From NCBI RefSeq assembly GCF_964355755.1, contig NC_092671.1, positions 32,746,304 through 32,810,303 on the forward strand: DNA of 64,000 nucleotides, read 5' to 3'. The notes beneath the pieces were generated by a model that was not told the origin of the DNA, did not search any database, and was given only the letters and a program-made list of their open reading frames with translations. Below, piece by piece: positions 1 to 14,123 of the stretch. The position numbers and the translations under genes were made by a program. Each line of letters opens with the position of its first letter. Position 1 is the first letter of the stretch. This stretch comes from Antedon mediterranea (lineage: Eukaryota; Animalia; Echinodermata).

Positions 1-71
1 CTGCAAAACTTCAAATCTGTTGAAAATACGTATCAAGATGGTTATTATTAAGTTATTTTATATGTATAATT

Positions 72-1651
72 CAGTGGTGGCGCCAGCGGGGGGGCCGGGG
101 GGGGGCCAGGGCCCCCCCCCCGTCGGGGAAAGCTGGCCCCCCCGTCAGGGAGTATTGGCCATATTGGTCGGGGAGAAAAATAGGATCATTTCTTTTCTGG
201 TAAAAAATAAAACAATATTAAGTGTACTACTATATATTTTAAGTAACTGCGGCATTCCATTTTTGACGTACGTACGATATACTGACAGCGAAGTAAACAG
301 TATGTGGTACGCATTTGTCTGGTGGCGGTGTCTGTTTGTACGAATCTTTCACTCACTGCGGTATACGCGTCGACATATCTGGGCTGTATCATATTACATC
401 CAGGGACCAAAATATGTATTTTTCAGATTCCAGGCGAAAATCGAAAATTCATTTGCAACTACGCATCGACGTACGTTCATACAGGGATAAAGGTACGAGT
501 TATGTTCTCACGGTTGAGTTTACGAATTGTTTCAATTTACCAATAACCCTTGCGTATATGTTCGCTGTCGATTAAAGGGGTTTGGGTGGGGGTTCGATTG
601 GGAAAAGGAAGCGGTTGGCCCGAACCATAAAACAGGGTCTGGTCACGTTTCTTTTCGCGCATAAATCTCGATCTAGGGTAGGTGGGTGAATAGGGTGGCT
701 TACTTCTAAAGGGAAAAAAAAGATGCAACAAACCCGTGACCGTCGCTAGACGCGGATTCGGCGCACTTGACTCTTTGAATTAAGAAGAGTAGGCTAGAGC
801 TATAGTTGTGTAAATAGGCCTACATAGTGAAAGAACTATTTATGAATTCAAGAGTTTAAAAAGAAAACGCAATTTAAAATCTTCGGAAAATACCCACAAC
901 TGAGTTATTTTCAAAACACATGCACTCCCACTACCAGCATCACGTTGTCTTAGCTCGCTCCTCGTGTGAATGCTGACGTCATCACTCTCCAAAAATACAC
1001 CATTTTCCGCCCTGGTCCGTGTGCAAGCGTTAGCGTGGACCTGTATATTTACACCCCTGTACAGAGTAGAGTGTAATATCGTGAACTTTTTTCTCGCGTA
1101 AGAAGGTTTTTTATATAATGGTATGCAGTATAAACGATAAAAAAAACGATAAACATGATGTTCTTTTATTATTATTTCATAGGCATAACATAAACATGAA
1201 ATGTCTTGTTCTATGTACACGGCCGAAAAAACGGCATTTTATTGATTTGTGTTATAGACACGGCGATTACGGCAATTCATTGTATACGGTACTAAATTAC
1301 ATTGAGTTATTCACCCGGCTATAGGGTATATATCTGAGGTTAACAGACCACCAAAGCACAGTCGTACACTAAACACATGCACTATCGAGGCATTTTTGGA
1401 TCAAAGTTTATTATTAGTTCGTCGAAAAAGATCCCTATTAATTAGAGTATTTAGGAAAGATTTATTTAAATTTACATTATTATGTGACATTGTTATTAAA
1501 TGTAAATGGAAACAGTTGCTCTAGCCCATTAAACAGTGTGTAAGCATCTATTTTTTCAAAATTTTCTGAACCCACCCCCGCTTTCGCGCATTCGGCCCCC
1601 CCTGTCGGGGAATTCGGCCCCCCCGTCGGGGAAATCCTGGCGCCACCACTG
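72..1651. mobile_element. Non-autonomous hAT-type DNA transposon
   Basis: 15-bp TIR CAGTGGTGGCGCCAG (72) / CTGGCGCCACCACTG (ends 1651), exact 8-bp TSD GTATAATT (64-71, 1652-1659), subterminal GGCCCCCCCGTCGGGGA repeats at both ends; no transposase ORF. Confidence 0.85.
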
Positions 1652-4600
1652 GTATAATTACTGTGATTTAAACAATGCATGAATTATTCAATGTCTTTGC
1701 ACCTACAGTATATCCACCAAGGAATATACTACTTTTTTATCTTTGGTTCTGCCTGATTGCTTTACAAAATTGATTTTAAATTATTTCATCTAATATTATA
1801 ACCAAACGTTAATTTACAAACAGATAATATAAATGATCAAAGAAATGTTTTATTGCTCAGACAGTTACACAATTGCCAGTGGTGTAACGCATAAGTCGCT
1901 CTGCCACTTTTTAGCCTTTTTCAACAATATTTGAATGCCTGTTCAGACTGTAAATACTATATAAACCTATAATTCTGACGTTTGTGTGTCAAAATTGCTG
2001 AAATTGAAAACAAAAGTCAGCCTCAGGATACTATGGCAAAGTATGGAACATAAACTTGTTTAAAGTACTGTTTCCTAAATAATACTATAGTATACTGTAC
2101 TATTATTTTTTTTTCCTTTTATTGTATTCAACATTTTTATCTTTAGCCCCTTGAGTCCCTGGGTTTAGCCTTTGAGTTCTTTTTTTTTTTCAATTCAAGA
2201 AACATTTATTGACTAAGGGACCCCTTTGGAAACAAGCCTCTGGGCTTAAAGGGCCATCCCCTGCTTTCCATGCTTATTTTCTTGATTAGTCTTGTATTTT
2301 TATATTTAATGTTTCTCTTTTTATTTCATTTACATTATACTGTTTTATTTATTTGTACTGTATTTGGAAAGCAATAAATATTACTTACTTACTTACTTAT
2401 AACAATGGTTGGCATATACTGTAATATATAGTCGAGAGACTACAAAAGCCCAAATGGGCCTGTCGCTGTAGTCCCTCTTTACATTATACAAATATTAATA
2501 ATACATGCACTTAATCTTAATTAGCCGTTCAGGTCTCATACATAATGTAGCCTTTACGCCAATGACAATTGCATTTGGGCAAGTTGTGATTACCCTCCTG
2601 TTATTTGCGAATTTATTTTGTTGTTGGTTGGGTTTGGAAACAAAATAAAAATCAAATTAAACCATCTTCTTCTGGTTAAATAATGTATTATTATATTAAA
2701 TTAAGTTTGTATATATCTTTACCAAGTTTTAAATAATAGTTTTTAGAGGTGTACTAGTTTTAAGTCCTTATCTGAGAAAATTTGAACTACTGTACCACCA
2801 AAACTATTCTCATTTTTAAGTCTATGATTTGTGATACTCCTGCCGCTTTTTTTAAAGTACTTATCTGAGAATGCTAGAACTGGTAAAGTAGACCCTGTAG
2901 AAGAACATGTGCCAATTTATTGACTTTCTTAAATACGTAATTATTATAGAATGCTTGAACTATTGTCAAGCAGAGCCTTGAAACTGTGCTGATTGTATGT
3001 GCTAATTCTATTTAGCACAGTATTTTAGGGATCTTACCCAAGTATATTACAGCCACAGAAAAGCAATGTTACACTAACCATTGCATCATTTTCTATGCCC
3101 ACTCTGTATGCATTGCATGGTCAGCACACATAATTTCTCTCTGGGGAAATCACACGCTAACAGACACCACATGTACCTTGGAAACTACTACTTCGTATGA
3201 TACCTGATGGTTTGTTCTTATCACAAGGGAAATCTCATAACAAAGACATAAAGATGTAATTAAACAAATTAATTGACAAATATCCTTATATTAACTGTAA
3301 TAAGATATCTCAATTGCTCCAATTCATAATAATGATGATAGCCCTGTTTATGTCATTATCCCTTGTACATTGAAGTCATTTTTTCTTGCTGTAATTAGTG
3401 AACATAATAACTTGGTAACATCATATAATAACAACATAGACTTTTTACTAATCTAATAGTAAAACACCATCCACGGCAGGAATATATACAATTTGGAAGT
3501 AGAGCTGTAACTTGGTGGTTAACAAACATGCTCGCCTTCCAATCTCAATAGGACCAGGGTGACCTAGAGCCAGTTTTGAATTTACAACTGTTTCTACTCC
3601 ACTCCACAGATGAGACTTTATAAGCATGATAATCTATCCTGTAATTGGCAAGTTGTTGTTGAATTGTGTAGGAAATTAAAAAACAACTTACGACAGTTTC
3701 ATTCCACACCCTAAGCCTTAAATGGGACTGACACTAAATGCTAGTTTATGCATCTGTAGGCCTAATTGATGAGTTTCTCGCTGTAGAATGACATTTTTGT
3801 TTTTATTTATTTATTTAGGCAAACAAATATTTAAATTATAATAATATGCTGTCTATAAAGTCACTAGATTGTAAAATGTGTAATGCAATGTATTATTGAA
3901 AGATTAAAAAATATCTATTACTTTTATTATAAGAATCATCACAGTAAAAGTTTTCCATCATAAGAAGATTTATTGTCCTCAATGAATATGGAGAACTATT
4001 TATTGCTTTAGGTTTTTTCAGGTAAATAATTTTTTTTTCGATTCAAATTTTGGTCATGGTTAGTAACTACTGTAGATGTGACTATAAAATATCATATGTT
4101 GAATATTCCATTGTAATGTAGACATAATTTTATTCGTAAAAAATTAATAAAAAATTTGACAAAAAAATGTTTACCTAAAAAAACTGTACTCACAAAAAAT
4201 AGTCAAATTGATTGGAAGTCAGTGGGTTTTTGGTTGAATTTAACCATTTATTTTGTTATTTTATAAATAAAAACATTATACTTTTTAGTTTAGTGATTAA
4301 CTTTATTAAAACTGCAGAATCTTTTTTTTTATAAATCTTCATTTTTCATATACATATTTAATTATATTTTTAAGGGGGAAAATACCTTTAATAAGGATGA
4401 AAAAGAACATTTCCAACAACAGCAGTTACGGAAATAAGAACATCTGGAAAGCCTGAAACCAATGTGGTCATGTAGCAATAAACCATTTTAATTCACATCC
4501 AAAAGGAAATATAACTTATGACAGGAAAGAAATGACGATATATAAGGACTTATTATTAGTATATACAGTATTAAGGAAATGACTGAGATTAAAAGTACAA

Positions 4601-5802
4601 TCTAATACAATGTGTCCCTCTGTGTTCTATGGTAAATCCATAATTTCAATTTTAATAATAGTTAGAGTGTTTAAATATTGATAATGGTTGTAAAATAAAA
4701 ATGTTTCTAAAGTGTTTTACACAAAAAATGTCATATAATATTCCAAAATTAAACCCCAAAAATTATAATAATATATATAATATATCATTTTACAGAGTTT
4801 CTGTCCGAAAGTTTTTGTGGGAAATGCTGGGGAAATTATTATTGAGAAAATAGATGAAAGAAAGAAAATGGGAAAGGGAAGGAGAAAAGGGTTTATGAGA
4901 AATGAGAGAGGGGGAAATAGAAATGAGGAGGAATAGAAGATGTAGGAAAGTATTTGTGAGATATTAAATGAGAGAAAAAGAAAAGTAGTTGCTCATATCA
5001 ATAAAACCCACAAATCCAATTTAGCACAGACACAAACAAAGGTTTCATTCTTTAGTAAACTTAATTATAGTAAATGTAGTAGCCAGTTTGTAATGGTCAT
5101 ATCAGCTGAGCCAACAATCACATATAAGTGAAAGAATCCTAAACAGGCAATAATAGTAACAGTTTTTTCCCTACATACTGTTAAGGTTTTGTTATTTATC
5201 ATATAAAGTTATAGAAAACATTATTACAGCACTGTAGTTATCATTTTATATCAAAAATATGAATTTGTATATTAAATTACATTGTTAACATCATAGAAGA
5301 AAAAAGAATAAAAGAATGATTATAAAAAGGTCATGTTGTAAAAATCCATTAATGTTTTTTTAAAACATTGTGACCTTTTAAAAATGGTCACTAATGCTTT
5401 AAAAGGTCACTAGATTTATCTATCAAGTATAATCTTACATTTTTTCATAAATATTTATATTCTAAATGAAAAATACGAAAAGGTAATGTAATATTATATT
5501 CACTTTTAAAGTATATCTCAGTAAGAATTTATTCATTGTGAAATTTAAAAAATAGTAAGTGCTCATGTTGTTTAACATTCAAATCTTTTCGCAATAACAA
5601 GTTTCCCACAATCCTTAGGCAAATTTTACAATTTTTAGGCCAAAAATCCTAGTTTCACCACTGAAATCTGAGCCTCAATGAAACGTCATAAAGAATATTT
5701 TAAGTTTAATTACTTCTAAAAATTAAATTCACTGATTTGTATTATTGTAATATGTAATAAAATAAATAAAAAATAAATGGTACTTGACAACTTACTTCTT
5801 AC

Positions 5803-6655
5803 CTCGTCAACTTGTATCTAAAGTTGCCATGTTTCATCATATAGTGTACTACAGACAAGAACTAAAAACCAACTGACTGTCTTTACTCATCCATCACGAC
5901 TAGAGGGAGCCATATTAATGACTCGTGGGTAATGAATAATTCTAAGATCTTACAAGTTAACGATCTCATCAAAATTTTGTTATTTTAATATGATTACAAT
6001 TTATAAACAGGTTGATTATTATTCAATTTCTCAAATTTAGCACACTTTTAAAAAGTTTTAAAATAAAAAAAGAAAAAAAAATAGAAAATCAAATTAAAAG
6101 GTATTTTTTTAAATAAGGTAAAAAAACAATATTTAAATTATAACTTTCAATAATTGGAGTATTTGATAGGGAAAAATGTGTGTTCAACCAAAAAATATTT
6201 CCCCAATTGAATAGAACTTTACTATTTTATACCCTATACTAATGTACTATAAAAGAATTACACCAAATGAAAAAATAATCAAGAAAATATGTTTGCGGAT
6301 ATCAATTAAAAACATTTAGGCCTTACAGGGCTCCTTAAAAAACAAGATGTCAAAATACTTGGGCAAATACTTGTTGATTACTACGGACCACAACGTTAAG
6401 TACCAGTAATCAAATTATTATAGAATATATTATTAATATTATTGGATACAAGAAACACGATAATAATATCATTCATAAATGCATTTCCTAACTTCATATA
6501 AGGTTTATGACAGCTACTGTACTTTGTTTCTACTAGAGTAGGCCCTACTACTTACCTAAGCTTGGATCGGCTTCCGATACACTTGTATACGAGTAACTAC
6601 TGGCTTTGTGGGGACTGCATGTGGCTGGATTTGAGTATGTCGCAGATGAAGACAT
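5803..6655 (-). CDS. Putative first two coding exons of an unidentified gene continuing leftwards
   Basis: ATG at 6655 in GCCGGCCATG context; exon 6655-6556 (MSSSATYSNPATCSPHKASSYSYTSVSEADPSL) ends at G|GTAAGT; phase-compatible exon 5848-5803 (VHYMMKHGNFRYKLT) ends at |GTAAGA. No homology recognised. Confidence 0.3.
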
Positions 6656-7066
6656 GGCCGGCTAACTAAACGTCCACAATTCCTGCTCTAAGCTGTTTTA
6701 ATATTTAATCGATAAACTCTAAAACGACAGCAAGTGTGATATAGATTCTGTAATGGTTTGTTGAATTGTGTACTGTATTTAATGAATCAAATGTTCATGT
6801 ATGTTTGATGCGAGTTGTCGCTCAGTTGATTTCCTACCGTCAGTCGCAGACCACAGAGTGCAGTGTTGCACATCTAAGGCGCCGAGGAGGCCTAAATTGT
6901 ATAGTAATAAATAATATCATACAATCGTTGATTGGACCATAGTTGAATTCAGTACGTAAAAAGAATTTGTTTACCTTTGGTAGTAAAATAACATATTATT
7001 TTAGTAACATGACTCAAACACACAGTAGGCTTAAATTAATAAGTTTATGATACGTTGTGTATCTAA

Positions 7067-7230
7067 AGCTCTGCCTACACTATCAAACTAGATTGAAAAA
7101 AAAAGTGTGATGTGCATAAATATGGCAGTGATATGTCCAAATATGGTAGTGATATGACATCATCATGTCCCTATAATGAGCACATCACATTAATTTGTTT
7201 CACAAAGTTTGATAGTGTAGACAAGGCTTA
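7067..7230. mobile_element. ~160-bp MITE (AAGCTCTGTCTACACTATCAAAC family)
   Basis: Terminal inverted repeats; same family at ~42201-42350, ~44786-44930, ~48973-49138, ~52961-53105, ~57747-57843. Confidence 0.75.
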
Positions 7231-7686
7231 ACGCGTCGAGGAGGCCTAAATTGTAGAGTTTGTCATACAATTTTTTAAGTTGATTGGTATGGACCATAGT
7301 TAGACAATTAGTTAACATGCGTCAAAAACACAGTAGGCTTAAATATTAATAAGTTTATGTTACGTTGTGCGCATTCTGACTATCAAAATCAAATCAACTT
7401 TATTTGTTACAGTACATGGAAAAAGAAAATAAATAGACAACTTGTTTTTCTCGACAGAAACAGTATCATTTAAAACGATATAACAATATCAGGGAAAATT
7501 TTCATTTAAAAATTTTGTTTAGCAATATTGCTAATCAAACTGATTTTTAAGTCGAGAAACATAGTTTTGTATTGTATTTTTTGCTACACAATTTTCAAAA
7601 TGTGTAGCAATAAGGTTGTTTTGTATAGCTTTTTGCTACGCTACACTGGCGAAAATGTTCCCTGAATATAAAGTATACGGTATCAT

Positions 7687-7934
7687 CTATATATAAATTT
7701 ACGTAAGGGCAAAATTCGATAAATCTCGGTTTATTTCTAGAATTTTTACTCGAAGGTATATAAAGTTGGTTCATACTTTCGGTACTGATTTTAACCATCT
7801 GATGTAACCCTGTTTACTAATTAAATTGAGGTAGGTAATTAGTTATTGACGATTAAAACGAATTTAGGTTCAACGATTTGCCCCAAATAGGGGTGTTTTC
7901 CAATCGTGGTATACACTGTCTAATGAATGTTCAT
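7687..7934 (+). mobile_element. 5' fragment of a non-autonomous Helitron-like element
   Basis: Starts A|TCTATATATAAATTTACGTAAGGGC; near-identical to 23443-23770 and 42553-42840. Confidence 0.65.
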
Positions 7935-10152
7935 GGGCACGCAATGAACCACTTGGCTGTCGTCCAAACCGAAAAACGTAAATCACCACTTCGTGGCGTT
8001 ATACCATAGTATCTTTGGTACCAAACTGCATGTGCATCATACGACAGCAATATACTTTGGTGGTGAACATGTGCGTGGAACTTTAAAATGTTCGAGAAAA
8101 AAAATCGGAAAGCAATGAAACGTACGCAAACGTCTATTTAAATCCCATGATAATAATATAATATATGCGCGCTGGTAAACTACTGCGGATTAATATTGAG
8201 AACACTAGAAAAACTAAATTTACTTGTTTTCATAGTGCTTCAAGAACTTTGTTTTTGCGCTTTACAAATTTAAAACTATTAATATTAAATACTCTCTCTT
8301 TTTACCCGCCCCACACCACCAATCCCCTCCAAACATGTTGGCGTAACGGGCCCAAAAATATTAGGGTACCGGTAAGTAGGTAGGCATTTGTTTTTAATTG
8401 CCTTTTTTAAATAATTAAGAAAAAGAATAAACTCAACTCATTTTCCTTTATTCAATTATGTTTACGTTAAATTGTCTTGATTTGGAAAACCACAATTTTT
8501 ATTTCTTTAGAATAAATGTCTAGCTAGGGTAGGGCATATTCTTAAGGTCGGTCGAGTTACGCCAATATACACTTGACTAAACCAATAACTCGGCATACGA
8601 ATTCGTAGAACGTTCGTTTTTTGCAACAACCACAAAGGCATATCCATTTGCTAAAATTCATTGTCAATAATGTTCATAAATAATTCAGTCTGAAATATTA
8701 ATACATTTTTAATTAATATTTTAATATATTAAAATTGTCTTTATTTATTATTATTATTACCAGAGGAAATATAAGAAAATAATAGGCCTACATTTTAACT
8801 TTTGTTAAGGTCGCAGGAAAATATGTCGATATTTTCTTTTAAAATAATCCTTTTATTTGTAATGCTATTCATACTCGCAGAAATAATAACAATAAAATCC
8901 ATTAAAATATTGAAGCATTGATGAGTACAGTATTGCTTTATAGTCAGATTTTATTGAACGATATTATATAGGTCTGGGTTGATTAATGTAAAGACAAAGT
9001 GATTTTGTTTAATAGTTTTAAAGGACAAAATTATATTAATTCACTTTAAAAAAATTGTACTCGTAGTTTATGTAGCATAACTCTCGGTACATTATACATT
9101 GTCCATTGTATTACAAAATTATCAAATTCCACCGGCTGCAACTCGATAAGTATACAATGTCAGTTAAATGCCTATCGGTGGTTATTAAACGAACATTTTT
9201 CAAATTATAATAATACAACAGATAAGACTAAGACAAGAGACACTATTTTCAGTTGGCACATTTCAATTTGCCATTTATAATAGGCCCTCCTCCCTTAAAT
9301 TAAATTTCTATCGGCGGTTATTAAACGAAAAAAAATAATATTAATTCACTTTTTTTTAAATAGTACCGGTTATATCTCGTTAAGCTATGGCAATGTCGAT
9401 TTTGAATAATCTTCTTAGGATTCTATCGATTTCTAAAAAGAGAAAAAAAATTCACAATATAGGTCTGGTTTTGACGGACAAATGTTATTAATTCACTTTT
9501 AAAAACCAAAATTATGATCTCGATAAATACATAAAAAAACAGAGTCTATTTAAATAATAATAATAAATACATAACAGTGCCGGTTTTAACTCAAACACTC
9601 AAACATGTAAACAAAAATGTACGGGGCGCCGTTTGCAACTAGAAAAACATAGAAATAAGACAAATATATCCCACAAACATTTAATCCATTAAAATCATTT
9701 TACCAGTTATTTTATGTCCTCGATATTCAAAGTTCAACTAAATAGTAGCATTGCTGTGGTGTATTTGAAAATTATAAGACCAAGATTACAGGTTAAAGAG
9801 TAACTGCAGTAAAACAATCTTGACATGGTCCCATACTTATAATTCGATTAATAAAAACAAAATATCTGTAATTCTCAAATGTTAAACACAAATTTGAACA
9901 GATTCCTATATTGAAGAAAATGTGTTTTAAAATATAAAGTTGCTAATTATGTATAATAATATATAGAAATAATAATTGTCAACAATAAATCATGAAATAA
10001 AATGTGGCCAATTTCAGTAATGAAATTCAACTATCTCTCCAGAGCTCAAGAATAAATAATTCTTCTATTTTAGATATACATATTCATAATTATATATCTG
10101 AATTATAAAATATGTTTTATGTAACATGGACAATTGAACAAACTAAACCTTC

Positions 10153-10422
10153 AAGCTTGGTTCCCACGCAATGCAAGGACATAAACGCAACTCAAGTAAT
10201 TTGACCAATCACAATTAATAGATTATTCGGATTATCCAAACTGTCGCCTTGTCATTGGTCAATTTGTTTACGTGCTTGTGTTGCATCCTAGAGATGCAAT
10301 GCAAGGATGTAGGACGCAGCGCAAGTGATTTGACCAATCACAAGCGATGGATTATTATTATTTATTATTATTACTTTTTATTGGTGAATTCGCTTACGTT
10401 TACATCCTAGTGGGAACTAAGC
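10153..10422. mobile_element. MITE (AAGCTTGGTTCCCAC...GTGGGAACTAAGCT family)
   Basis: Terminal inverted repeats with internal TTGACCAATCACA repeats; shorter relative at ~40545-40683. Confidence 0.6.
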
Positions 10423-10981
10423 TACTTTTCCTGAAGTTCTCTATTCATACAGAATGGGAGTGAATATTTATGACAACTTTGGTTCAAATTCAATTGGATT
10501 ATTTATTTTAATACCCTCAACGTTCGTGGAACTGCATTTGTGCACATATGCAACAAATATTCTATATATATACTTTTGTAATGAAATGTTTACCTTCTTA
10601 TTACCTAGGAGGTTATATTTTTGTCTGAGATAGTTGTGTTTGTGTGTTTGTCTGTAATAGCAGGATAACGTCAAAAACTAAACTACGAATCTTTACTAAA
10701 TTTAAACATAGACATGTGGTCACCGAAGACTTCATTCAATCGTGGAGGCAATCCAGACCAGGTTCCAAATTCTGGACCACTTTTTATTATTTTATTACAT
10801 TTAGGTTGCACGCAAAAACTACAAGACGGATCTTTATCACGGTTCTTTTTATCTTTTTACTCCTGGTGGAGGTTGCAACTCTCTGACTGCTCTTGTTCTA
10901 AACATGCGAGATGAAAAATCGCCGATCTCTATGTACAACTCTAACTCCTTTAATAACCATATATATAATATTCATTTTATG

Positions 10982-13554
10982 TTATAAATCTTGCCCTGTA
11001 ATGTTGAATTTTACTTCTAAACAAAGAGCTTTGGAAATCTCTACAGTTAGTAACTCATCAAGTGAAACTCCATCATGAAGGTAGATCCAGCGATTGTCTA
11101 TGTAGTCATAACGTTTTGGGCCACTGAAAACAAAAATTAGTAATGTATCATAATAATACTTTTATAATAAAAATACTATATACATCCCAACTCTCAATGA
11201 AATATTAATCTGGAGGTCTTTTAAAGCATTTCGGAACTCTAGAGGGCACTATAACATTTTGAACAAATATTAAAAACATAGAGGGCGCTATTTAAAAATC
11301 AATCTATAATTTGTAAACGTGGGTGTGCCAAAGACCGAAAAAGCTGTATCTAGAGCATAGAGTATCACGGTGTGACGTCACAACGATAGAGAGTGCTGCA
11401 TGGTTGCTAGCAACCATGCAGCGCCACCTACCGTCGTGACATCAGCACCGTGATACTCTATAGTATTAGAAGCAGTAGAGTTATACATATTTATTGGGAT
11501 ACTCAATTTTCTGTTTGTCCAAAAAAATCGGGAGAAATAGCGGGAAGAGTGGTAGATGGCATTAAAATATGGGATGTCTGCTTTACTGTAAGAATTAATT
11601 ATGTTAATATTTACATGGTTAAAAGATCAAATCTTAAAAAAAAGTTGCATGGAAATGTATAGCATACGCAATGTCTACACAAGATGAATAGTACAACAGA
11701 TGATGATGAATTTCATGAAAACTGACACTTACCTGAAAGGAGATGACAACCAAATTTGTCGGTTTGGCGTTTGTTTGTTTATAACATATGTTCCACAGTC
11801 TTTACCAAGTCTCACAGTTAAAACTCCATCCTTCATAAGAAAAACGTGAACAACTCTTTCACATGCTGTTTTTTGTTTAGAGTGACAGTACTGTATATGT
11901 AATGTAATCGCTGTGTAAAAACTTGTTAGTAGGAAATGTGTGTATGCACTGTGTTACATTTTACACTTATTTTTTCCATGATTTTTTCTGGCGACTAAAC
12001 CGTCACCTACATCAACTTTAGGAGCATGGTGTGGAGAGTGGTTGGACACCCAATTGGTACTAAAAACAAAAACCAACTATAAGGGCGTCTGTTCAGGAGA
12101 ATCAACGACGGCCATACAGAAAAAACCCTGCCAGCACGGAGAGGAGGTGTCGTATCATGATGAGTACTACTACTGTATCTCATCTGCTACGCCCCTACAA
12201 TCATCTAGGTCGTGGGACAACTACAAGTAGATATCAATGTAACACATAAACACATTCACACATTCTTACCAAGGCAAAAGTTACATTTTATGTATGTATT
12301 AAACGGTACTAGTGTGATGGTGAATACGACCACTGACCTTGCATTTTTTTATTGTTATTTAGCTAGACTAGACTTGCGTTATAATTAATAATCTGTAATT
12401 AAAGGTATGAGAGGTCCTACCAAAAACCAGACTTTTCGCGAGTTCCAAATTTTACCACTAACTGAATACCAAAATTTCAGGAATACCGGACATATTAGGC
12501 CAGCTAAAGGTGTCCAGTATTCTTTTCATCTTACCGCTGATGAAATGTCAAAATCTGAAGGACAACTTTCATGCTCTCCGACTCTCTCAAAATTTTCCTC
12601 AATTTCATTTAAAGTGTTTTCTGCAAGTTTCTCATAGAAATTAAGATCCATCTCACTGAAAAATATATAAAGAAACGTTGGGTTGATAGTTATGGTAGGT
12701 TTAAGATGAAAGACTGTGTATTGGAGGGTGTATAATGCACACATTACAAAGAATATTTCGCCATTTAGCCAATAGATATGATTACATCCAGTTTGATTGA
12801 GATAAATATCTTGGAATTTTGTGAAATCAATTTTTTATCTTGACAAACCAGAGATCACAGTAGTTAACATTCAATGCCCATTCACAACTGATAAACAATC
12901 AAATGTTTTCCTGGTTGGGCATCAAGTGCTTGAATTTGAATTTTGGGGGTTTTGGGTTGTTTTTTTTTTTTGGTGGGGGTGGGGGTGCGGGGGATTGTTA
13001 TAAGCAAACTTACCTATCTGTAGTGTTTGTTCGATGTGTACATTTCAGAATTGAATGACTTTTAAAATAATCTGCAGCCTGAAAAAAACAAAAAAACAAA
13101 GTGTACTGTAGCAAAAAGGTCATGTAACACATTGCTAAAGCAACATCTAGAATAGCTCATTTGCATATCCAGATGTGTATTAAGAAGACATAGCCTATTA
13201 GATGCTCGAATAAATAAATGTCTGGCAAAATGGGAGGTGGCTTTTCTATCTTATTACTGAATCTCAGACGCATCACACTTAACGCACTCTGCCAAAAATA
13301 CGCCTTCTCTCCCACACCTCACTGACTACTGTCATTATTGATTGTTGATTACTTACCAACGTTGGCCTAGGAATTAGATCAATAGTAGAAGTAGTAACGA
13401 CATTATTTCTAATGACGGACAGGACGGACATATATCTCGCCCATTTAAAACTACATTTTGATTCTAAAATTGTACTTATAATGTTTAGTTTTATCAATTG
13501 AAAGTGTTTTGTACGACACAGAAAAGCTTGAACTGTTCTCATGGGCGCAGCCAT
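10982..13554 (-). CDS. FXN: Frataxin, mitochondrial (5 exons, ~207 aa)
   Basis: Exons 13554-13357, 13078-13014, 12655-12535, 11830-11733, 11123-10982, all GT-AG with consistent phases (624 nt). Contains [50 protein letters not shown] and [14 protein letters not shown] (CyaY/frataxin signature); basic N-terminal transit-like peptide. Confidence 0.95.
11358..11460. repeat. ~103-bp palindrome / fold-back MITE in frataxin intron 4
   Basis: TAGAGTATCACGGTG...CACCGTGATACTCTA arms around the perfect centre GCTGCATGGTTGCTAGCAACCATGCAGC. Confidence 0.8.
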
Positions 13555-13828
13555 CTTGAAAATGTAAGTAAAATAGAGGGCGGTATTACGCATTTAGGCA
13601 AAATTTCTCTGGGAAAAATAGAATACTAAAGCGGAGTATGTCGAATCATAAAACACATAATAATACAGTACCTACATATATCTTGCGTTTTCATTATTTA
13701 TACGTAGAGGCAAGGTCTAACGAAAACTTTAAAGTAAAAACTTCATTATATTATTATGAATAATGTTGCTACTTTCTTATTTAAAAATAATTAAAACCCT
13801 AAACCTATTTTGTTTTATCTAGTATGAT

Positions 13829-14123
13829 CTCCACACCATGCTTCTAAAGAAGTTGATGTGGGTACCGGGTTTAGTCGCCAGAAAAAAAAACCAGTGTAAA
13901 TCCATGTAACACAGTGCATACACACATTTCTTACTCAACAAGTTTTTACACAGCGATTACATTACATTACCTACTGTCACTGTAAACAAACAGCGTGTGA
14001 ACGCGTTTTTCACGTTTTTCTTATGAAGGATGGAGTTTTAACTGAGACTTGGTAAAGATTTTGGAACATATGTTATAAACAAACAAACGCGCCAACCCGA
14101 CAAATTTGGTTGTCATCTCCTTT
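13829..14123 (+). pseudogene. Inverted, frameshifted copy of frataxin exon 4 with part of intron 3
   Basis: GATGGAGTTTTAACTGAGACTTGG...TTGTCATCTCCTTT at ~14029-14123 is a copy of exon 4 with small indels; acceptor retained, donor removed by a deletion. Confidence 0.9.

Larger units (their letters stand above)
7937..12037. repeat. Left arm of an inverted segmental duplication
   Basis: Blocks 7937-8002, ~8005-10020, ~10025-10207 and 11737-12037 match in reverse complement 25880-25948, ~21470-22771, 18601-18710 plus 14124-14179, and 13829-14123. Confidence 0.85.

Noticed and set aside
20-1324. ORFs of 64-156 aa at the window start
   Set aside because: They lie in a non-autonomous hAT element, overlap in several frames and show no recognisable motifs.
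3177-3203. Third exon of the gene starting at 6655
   Set aside because: It has splice-like flanks but gives a stop codon in the phase required by the preceding exon.
13079-13356. GAA repeat in frataxin intron 1, as in human
   Set aside because: No such repeat is present.
13829-14123. Second frataxin gene, or an assembly artefact
   Set aside because: Only exon 4 is present, with frameshifts and no donor; the arms are diverged and carry independent TSD-flanked insertions, so a misassembly is unlikely.
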